Below are positions 38,466-43,755 of a stretch of 43,755 bases of DNA, piece by piece. The notes under the pieces were generated by a model. The model searched no databases. It had not been told where the DNA came from and saw only the letters and a program-made list of their open reading frames with translations. Position 1 is the stretch's first letter. The number at the start of each line of letters is the position of its first letter. Both the position numbers and the translations under genes were made by a program. The stretch covers positions 1-43,755 of the IMG/VR virus record IMGVR_UViG_3300012921_000051; one strand, given 5' to 3'. The DNA comes from a virus. Lineage: Duplodnaviria; Caudoviricetes.

Positions 38466-39374
38466 ATGCCGACTGCCATCATCACTTCGCAGAACGCGGC
38501 CGGTCTGGGTCGCCCGTTTATCGCCCGCCATCGACTCGTCGAGTATGACTTCCGGCGAGGGATCAAGTGGGTATCCTCCTATGCCGATCCGCATTGTTAT
38601 CTGGGCGGCTCACCTGTCGCGAACGGGGCTGTCGTTCGCAACCTCGCCGAGACGTTTGCGGAGCGAAACGCCCCGAGGCCTGCTGGGGAATTCGTCGTTA
38701 CTGCCGGGCAGACGATCACCCACGCTGGCGGCGGTATAGACTTCTCGACCGCGACCGCGGCCAACAGCTACGAGCGCGGCCCGGCAGACGCCGCTGCGGC
38801 GATTTGGGCCAACGGTCAATATTTTCTGTCCATGACGGCGATGAAGCTGCCGACCGAGGCGGACTGGCCCGAGGCCGCAACAATCGCGCCGATCCAGGCA
38901 TGGACAGCAGGTGTGAACGGGTATGCGGCAAATCTGGACATCGCGACGACCGGTATGTTGAGCTACAGCGGGGTTCCCGGCATGGCTATCATTCGGCAGC
39001 ACGGATCGAGCTTCTTGACCGACAGTGCGGGGCTACTCGTGCCGGCCGGGGCTTTCGGCGCCTTCGGACTGGTCGCCTCGTGGTGTGTCCCGGGCGACAT
39101 GGGTGTTAGCCTCACCACGCAGGTCGGTGGCGTCGTAGAGTCGGCACCAAAGGTGCCGACAGCTAACAACGGCGTGAACTTCTCGGCCCTTCGCCCGCTG
39201 CGAGGGCTCCCGAGCAACCTCTGGACCGCGCGCATCGCCGAGAATGCGCACAAGTGGAAGCTCTACTCCTCGTTCGACGACGCGATCCAGCTCGACGGTC
39301 GGAGCATGCGGACCCTGATCGCGCAGCAGTGGGCCGAAGAGAAGGCGAAGTGGGACGCGGGGATCTATTCGTGA
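38466..39374 (+). CDS. hypothetical fibre-associated beta-rich protein
   Basis: RBS AAGGA; 302 aa directly after the fibre gene. Confidence 0.7.
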   Translation: MPTAIITSQNAAGLGRPFIARHRLVEYDFRRGIKWVSSYADPHCYLGGSPVANGAVVRNLAETFAERNAPRPAGEFVVTAGQTITHAGGGIDFSTATAANSYERGPADAAAAIWANGQYFLSMTAMKLPTEADWPEAATIAPIQAWTAGVNGYAANLDIATTGMLSYSGVPGMAIIRQHGSSFLTDSAGLLVPAGAFGAFGLVASWCVPGDMGVSLTTQVGGVVESAPKVPTANNGVNFSALRPLRGLPSNLWTARIAENAHKWKLYSSFDDAIQLDGRSMRTLIAQQWAEEKAKWDAGIYS

Positions 39375-39505
39375 TCGGCCGCCCGACACTCTTTCGACTG
39401 CCCCGGCGCGAACATCTGCTCGACGGAGCCGGCGCGCGGGCGGCATTGCTCCGGCACCGGCGCGCACCCGGCAAGGAAGAGGGCAAGTAGGACCAGAATT
39501 CGCAT
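39365..39505 (-). CDS. small lipoprotein (46 aa), Cor-like superinfection-exclusion candidate
   Basis: Translated by hand: MRILVLLALFLAGCAPVPEQCRPRAGSVEQMFAPGQSKECRAADHE; signal peptide II with lipobox LAGC; RBS GGGGAG. Confidence 0.75.
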   Translation of the reverse strand: MRILVLLALFLAGCAPVPEQCRPRAGSVEQMFAPGQSKECRAADHE

Positions 39506-39520
39506 GACACTCCCCGGCTT

Positions 39521-39607
39521 GGGATCGGGGAGTTGGAAAGCCGCTGACGCAACCGCTTACGCCTTCGGACCGAAGCCCTGTTGTATAGCGCAAGCCTCCC
39601 CGAACCG
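39521..39607 (-). ncRNA. c4-like structured antisense/leader RNA
   Basis: Closing stem GGUUCGGGGAG/CUCCCCGAUCC; inner stem GCUUGCGC/GCGUAAGC; cUUCGg hairpin; segment CGUCAGCGGCUUUCCA complementary to 39671-39687. Confidence 0.65.
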
Positions 39608-39721
39608 AAGCCGGGTCGGTGAAAACGCTCCCCGGATGCACCGGAGAGCGTTTCGGTCCCTGGGACCGTTCGTCAGCGGGGTTTCCACGCCCCAGCGCGC
39701 CATTTGAACGCGCCAAGGCGG

Positions 39722-39750
39722 AATCTAGTCGCGGCGGCCGCTTGCCGCAA
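39722..39750 (-). promoter_or_regulatory. sigma70-type promoter for the c4-like RNA/lipoprotein unit
   Basis: TTGCGG-17 bp-TAGATT on the minus strand. Confidence 0.6.
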
Positions 39751-39942
39751 GGAAGGAAAGGAGAAACAGCCGGGCGAAGCCGGCACATGTGGATGACCAC
39801 GGATGGCCCGGGGTTTGCCCCGGGCAGCGGGACCGCCGCCAAGCAAGAACCCGCCCGACAGCCAGAACACATACCTGTCGCACCCGCTGCCCACGGAAGA
39901 CCGTGAGCCAGACGAGCGTGACCGATTCCTGGACACCCTTAA

Positions 39943-40755
39943 ATGCCCGTTGAAAGCGAATTCACACCTGTTTCATCGACACACCCGCCGGCGCCCTATA
40001 TCGGCGGCAAACGCCGCCTGGCGGCCGAGCTGGTGCGCCGCATCGCGGCGGTGCCCCATCGGGCCTATGCGGAGCCGTTCGTCGGCATGGGAGGAGTGTT
40101 CTTCCGCCGCGATCGCCGGCCGCCGGCCGAGGTAATCAATGACCGCAACGGCGAAGTGGCGAACCTCTTCCGGATCCTGCAGCGCCACTATCCGCAGTTC
40201 ATCGAGACCCTGCGCTTCCAGATCTCCGGACGGAAAGAGTTCGAGCGCCTGAAGGCGTCCGACCCGTCCACGCTGACCGATCTCGAGCGCGCCGGCCGAT
40301 TCCTCTATCTCCAGCGGACGGCCTTCGGAGGCAAGGTGGCCGGGCAGAACTTCGGCGTCGATCCTTACACCGGCGGCGGCTTCAACCTGACGCGGCTGGT
40401 ACCGGTACTCGAGGGCGTGCATGAGCGGCTTGCCGGCGTCGTGATCGAGTGCCTGGACTGGCAGGAATTCATCCGCCGCTATGACCGGCCGAGCACGCTC
40501 TTCTATCTCGATCCGCCCTATTGGGGCTCAGAGGGCGACTATGGGAAGACGCTGTTCGATCGGGCGCAGTTCGCGCTCCTGGCCGATATGCTGCGCGGCA
40601 TCAAAGGGCGGTTCATTCTGTCGATCAACGACCGGCCGGAGGTGCGGGAGGTGTTCGCGGGCTTCGAAGCGGACGGCGCGGAGCTGCTTTACTCAGTGTC
40701 GGAAGGCAAGCCGGTCGCGGCGAAGGAACTGATCATCAGCGGGCCTGCGCAATGA
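39943..40755 (+). CDS. DNA adenine methyltransferase (D12 class)
   Basis: PYIGGKRRLA, YAEPFVGMGGV, EVIND, FYLDPPY; occupies the mom position. Confidence 0.93.
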   Translation: MPVESEFTPVSSTHPPAPYIGGKRRLAAELVRRIAAVPHRAYAEPFVGMGGVFFRRDRRPPAEVINDRNGEVANLFRILQRHYPQFIETLRFQISGRKEFERLKASDPSTLTDLERAGRFLYLQRTAFGGKVAGQNFGVDPYTGGGFNLTRLVPVLEGVHERLAGVVIECLDWQEFIRRYDRPSTLFYLDPPYWGSEGDYGKTLFDRAQFALLADMLRGIKGRFILSINDRPEVREVFAGFEADGAELLYSVSEGKPVAAKELIISGPAQ

Positions 40756-40768
40756 GGAGCGCCGGCCG

Positions 40769-40891
40769 TCACCGGATCCAGCCAAGCGTCAGCGCCACGT
40801 GGCCGATGATGGAGCCGAAGCTCGAAATGAATGCCAGCGCGAGCAGCAGGCGGCCATACCAGGGCAGCCGGTCATCCTGGGGTTTTCTCAT
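40769..40891 (-). CDS. small membrane protein (40 aa)
   Basis: MRKPQDDRLPWYGRLLLALAFISSFGSIIGHVALTLGWIR; overlaps the end of the upstream minus-strand ORF. Confidence 0.45.
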   Translation of the reverse strand: MRKPQDDRLPWYGRLLLALAFISSFGSIIGHVALTLGWIR

Positions 40892-41093
40892 CGAACCTGA
40901 TACCCTTGTCGCGCGCCGCCGCTTTGAAAATCAGAAGCTCCAGCAGCCTGTCATCGTCTACGGTCGACCGAGGCGCTCGACGGCGAAACTCGCTCAGCAC
41001 TGCCTTGGTCGAAAGCGCAGGTCCAGACCTGAACTCCGTCACGATCGCGTCCAGGACGCGGCCGGCGTCTTCGTTGTCAGCGGTAAGCGGCAT
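40872..41093 (-). CDS. hypothetical protein (73 aa)
   Basis: RBS GGGAG before MPLTADNE. Confidence 0.6.
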   Translation of the reverse strand: MPLTADNEDAGRVLDAIVTEFRSGPALSTKAVLSEFRRRAPRSTVDDDRLLELLIFKAAARDKGIRFDEKTPG

Positions 41094-41174
41094 TGCGGTG
41101 CTCCCGACCCACAATCCCTCAGCGCCTTGATGATGTTGCCAGACCTACCTGATGTAAAGAGCCGAATCTGGCGT

Positions 41175-41876
41175 CTAGATGAGATCGGGCGGAAGCGGGT
41201 CGAGGATGTCGGGCGTATTGTTCTTGGGCGACCCGACCTTGCGGCCGATCTTCCACATGGTCATCAGCTCGGCCGGGAACGGCTTCATCAGGTCGGCCGG
41301 GTCGTCGCCGAACATCCAGCGGTGATAGTCCTCGGGTGCGATGATGACCGGCATGCGGTCGTGGATCTCGGCGACCATCTCGTTCGGCGGACATGTGATG
41401 ACGGTGAAGGTGCGGATGATCTCGCCGGTCTCCGGGCTCTTCCACTGCTCCCACAGCGCGGCGAGCGCGAACGGCTCGCCCGATCGCATCGCAATCGCAT
41501 AAGGCTGCTTGTCCTTGCCTGTGCCGAGGATGTCCTTCCATTCGAAGAAGCCATCGATCGGCATCAGGCCTCGCCGCGACCTGTAGGCGCCGCGGAACAG
41601 GCCGTTGGTCGCCACCGTCTCGCATTTGGCGTTGATCGGCTGCGCACCACCCTTGGGGTCCTTCACCCAGCCCGGAATCAGTCCCCAGCGTGCCGAGATG
41701 AAGCCGCTTTCCCCGTTGGCGGCATCCGCGACGACGATGATTGGATACTGCTGGCGCGGCGCACCATTCCAGCGCGGGAGGGAGTTGCCGAGCCCCTCGA
41801 CCTCGCTCGGATCGGCAAAAGTGAAGCGCGAGACCAGCTCGCGCAGGGTGTGCTTGATGTGAACCCGACCGCACAT
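41175..41876 (-). CDS. SOS response-associated peptidase (SRAP/YedK-like)
   Basis: N-terminal MCGR, WGLIP, INAKCET, GFFEW, IHDRMPVI; RBS GAGGAGG. Confidence 0.93.
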   Translation of the reverse strand: MCGRVHIKHTLRELVSRFTFADPSEVEGLGNSLPRWNGAPRQQYPIIVVADAANGESGFISARWGLIPGWVKDPKGGAQPINAKCETVATNGLFRGAYRSRRGLMPIDGFFEWKDILGTGKDKQPYAIAMRSGEPFALAALWEQWKSPETGEIIRTFTVITCPPNEMVAEIHDRMPVIIAPEDYHRWMFGDDPADLMKPFPAELMTMWKIGRKVGSPKNNTPDILDPLPPDLI

Positions 41877-41940
41877 GAACTGACCTCCTCACACCTACTC
41901 TATGGGCATGTGGCCGCCGGCTTGACGCTCCTCGGGCGGC

Positions 41941-41955
41941 GCTCCATTTCTGTTC
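41941..41955 (+). promoter_or_regulatory. putative alphaproteobacterial LexA box
   Basis: GCTC-N7-GTTC, one mismatch to GTTC-N7-GTTC; between TTGACG (41922-41927) and the ATG at 41958. Confidence 0.45.
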
Positions 41956-41957
41956 CC

Positions 41958-42236
41958 ATGTCCTCAACCCGGCTGGAAACCATAGGCGATCTCGTCGATG
42001 GCGGCTACTCGCTGCACTATCTGTGCTGGTGCGGCCGACACGGATGGCTGGACCTTGAGGGCATCGCCGAGGGCTTTGGTCGCGATATCCGCTACCTGCA
42101 CGACAACCTGACGCGCCGTCTGACGTGCGTAGCCTGCAAGAGGAAGGGCCAGCTCACGTACCGGCTTCACGGTCCTTTGACGGACGGAACGCCCGTCAGC
42201 CGGGAGCGGCCTCGGATGCTCTACGGGGCGGGCTGA
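41958..42236 (+). CDS. small Zn-ribbon-like hypothetical protein
   Basis: TIGDL, CWCGRH...CVACKRK; 92 aa. Confidence 0.7.
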   Translation: MSSTRLETIGDLVDGGYSLHYLCWCGRHGWLDLEGIAEGFGRDIRYLHDNLTRRLTCVACKRKGQLTYRLHGPLTDGTPVSRERPRMLYGAG

Positions 42237-42253
42237 ATCGGTCCTCTTGTGGT

Positions 42254-42298
42254 GCCATTTGAACTTGCGCACCGCGCCATTTGATTTTGCGCGCTACA
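42254..42298. repeat. prophage right end: two transposase-binding repeats plus terminal CA
   Basis: GCCATTTGAACTTGCGC (42254-42270) and GCCATTTGATTTTGCGC (42276-42292), then GCTACA ending at 42298. Confidence 0.8.
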
Positions 42299-42299
42299 C

Positions 42300-42899
42300 G
42301 TCCGTCTCGCGCGGCACGGATACCGGACAGGCGTGATCTTCTCTCCGACCGGGGAGGAAGCGCCGGAACAGCCGATCGTCTGGCTGAAGCAGCGCACGCG
42401 CTGGCTGAAGGGCTGGGCGCAGACATGGCTCGTCCACATGCGCGACCCGGCGGAACTCGCATCCGATATCGGCTTCCGGTCCTTCGCCGCGGTCCAGATC
42501 CTGCTGGCGGGTTTGCTCGTCTCGTCGCTGCTGCACCCCATGCTGCTCGTGACGGGGATATTTCTTGCGGCAAGGGTGATCGCCACTGGCGGGCTGACGC
42601 CGATGCAGTTCTTCTTCTTCGCCATGGACGCCTTCAACCTCGTCCTGGGGTACGGCGCGTTCCTGCTGCTCGGCTGGCGCGCGAGCCGGCGGTCGGCGCG
42701 GCGAGGGTTCTGGAAGGTCGTGCTGTTCACGCCGCTCTACTGGATAATGATGTCCGCCGCCGCCTGGCGCGCGCTCTTCCAGCTGTTCACCCGCCCGCAT
42801 CACTGGGAGAAGACGCCGCATGCGCGGCGCCGGCTTCGCGGCGGGGAGGCGAGGGCTGGCCGGGCTACAGTCCGAGGAACGCCGGGCCGTCGCCGATGA
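42300..42899 (+). pseudogene. 3' part of a host GT2 glycosyltransferase gene interrupted by the prophage
   Basis: Frame reads VRLARHGYRTGVI.SPT.EEAP...WLKQRTRWLKGW (QxxRW), TM helices, WEKTPH; no N-terminus. Confidence 0.8.
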
Positions 42900-43755
42900 T
42901 CTTCGGATCTTCCGCGCCAATGACGGCCATGTCGCGTCCGGCATAGGGGATCGAGCGGAGGAGGCGCCGCATCACCGCAACACGGGCCCTACGCTTGTCG
43001 TTCGCGGCCACGATCGTCCATGGCGCATGGGCGCTGTGGGTCCGCGTGAGCATCGTGTCTCGAGCCTTGGTGTAGTCGTCCCACAGCTTCATGCCGGCAA
43101 TGTCGATCGGCGAGAACTTCCAGTTCTTCAGCGGCGAATGTCGCCGGTCGTGGAAGCGCTTCAGCTGCATTTCCTGACCGATGCCAAGCCAGAACTTGAA
43201 GAAGCGGATTCCTTCCTTGGTGATGCGCTCTTCGAAGTAGGGCGTCTCGTCGAGGAATTTCTCGTGCTGCTCGGGCGTACAGAAGCCCATGACCGGCTCG
43301 ACGCCGCCGCGATTGTACCAGGAACGGTCGAAGGTCACGAATTCACCGGCCGTCGGAAAATGTGTCACATAGCGTTGATAATACCACTGCCCGCGCTCGG
43401 TCTCTGTCGGCTTGGTAAGCGCAACGTTGCGCGCGGTGCGGGGGTTCATGAATTGTCGGACAACGAAGATCGTTCCGCCCTTGCCGGCGGCGTCGCGCCC
43501 CTCGAACACGATCATCACCCGCTCGCCTGTTTCCTGAAGCCAGTGCTGCAGCTTCACGAGCTCCATCTGGAGCGTCTCGACCGTCTTGTCGTATTCCTTG
43601 TCCGCCAGCTTGTCGTCGTAGGGATAGCCGCCCGACTTCAGCGCGTTCTTCTCCACCCAGTCCGGGAGCTTCGGATTGCCGACGTCGAAGGTCCGCTCCT
43701 TGCCGCCGATCTTGAGTTTCACCTTCTCGGACGGTTGGTCCTCGGTCTTCGCCAT
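42865..43755 (-). CDS. ppk2: polyphosphate kinase 2
   Basis: [34 protein letters not shown]. Confidence 0.95.
   Translation of the reverse strand: MAKTEDQPSEKVKLKIGGKERTFDVGNPKLPDWVEKNALKSGGYPYDDKLADKEYDKTVETLQMELVKLQHWLQETGERVMIVFEGRDAAGKGGTIFVVRQFMNPRTARNVALTKPTETERGQWYYQRYVTHFPTAGEFVTFDRSWYNRGGVEPVMGFCTPEQHEKFLDETPYFEERITKEGIRFFKFWLGIGQEMQLKRFHDRRHSPLKNWKFSPIDIAGMKLWDDYTKARDTMLTRTHSAHAPWTIVAANDKRRARVAVMRRLLRSIPYAGRDMAVIGAEDPKIIGDGPAFLGL

Larger units (their letters stand above)
1..42298 (+). mobile_element. Mu-like transposable prophage (left end outside window)
   Basis: Mu-type gene set in order (ner, A, B, gemA, mor, gp25-30, I, T, gp36). Right end has repeats and a terminal CA followed by a truncated host gene. 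Confidence 0.95.

Noticed and set aside
39371-39490. Plus-strand 39-aa ORF coupled to the end of 38466-39374
   Set aside because: The opposite-strand lipoprotein has an RBS, signal peptide, lipobox and promoter, so it explains this DNA better.
39509-39690. tRNA or CRISPR interpretation of the hairpin cluster
   Set aside because: No T-loop, D-loop or CCA pattern; no repeat-spacer periodicity; no cas genes.
36253-39943. Diversity-generating retroelement or invertible fibre cassette
   Set aside because: No reverse transcriptase, invertase, template/variable repeat pair or flanking inverted repeats seen.
40521-42236. 571-aa plus-strand ORF
   Set aside because: Mostly antisense to SRAP and overlapping the methylase; only the last 92 aa (from 41958) look like a real protein.

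Overview
Positions 1-42298 are most of a Mu-like transposable prophage with a non-contractile tail. The host is GC-rich and probably an alphaproteobacterium (Rhizobiales-like; inferred from gene content). The left end and repressor lie outside the window. Gene order: ner-like regulator, ParB-like gene, DDE transposase A, ATPase B, early accessory genes (DUF3164, DUF2786, GemA), Mor/C-like activator, lysis cassette, terminase, portal, MuF, protease, capsid, tail (with a -1 frameshifted chaperone), tape measure, tail tip, SGNH-domain fibre, DNA adenine methylase and SRAP. The right end shows two 17-bp direct repeats and a terminal CA at 42298. It interrupts a host GT2 glycosyltransferase gene that sits next to ppk2. 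Three items stand out. (1) A MuF head protein is fused to a GNAT acetyltransferase-like domain and followed by a small overlapping ORF (candidate virion-delivered toxin/effector plus immunity). (2) An antisense unit missed by the ORF track runs from a sigma70 promoter through a c4-like structured RNA with mutually exclusive pairings over the RBS to a 46-aa lipoprotein. (3) A solitary antisense KAP NTPase sits in the head module. All family assignments come from motif recognition and synteny, not from database searches.
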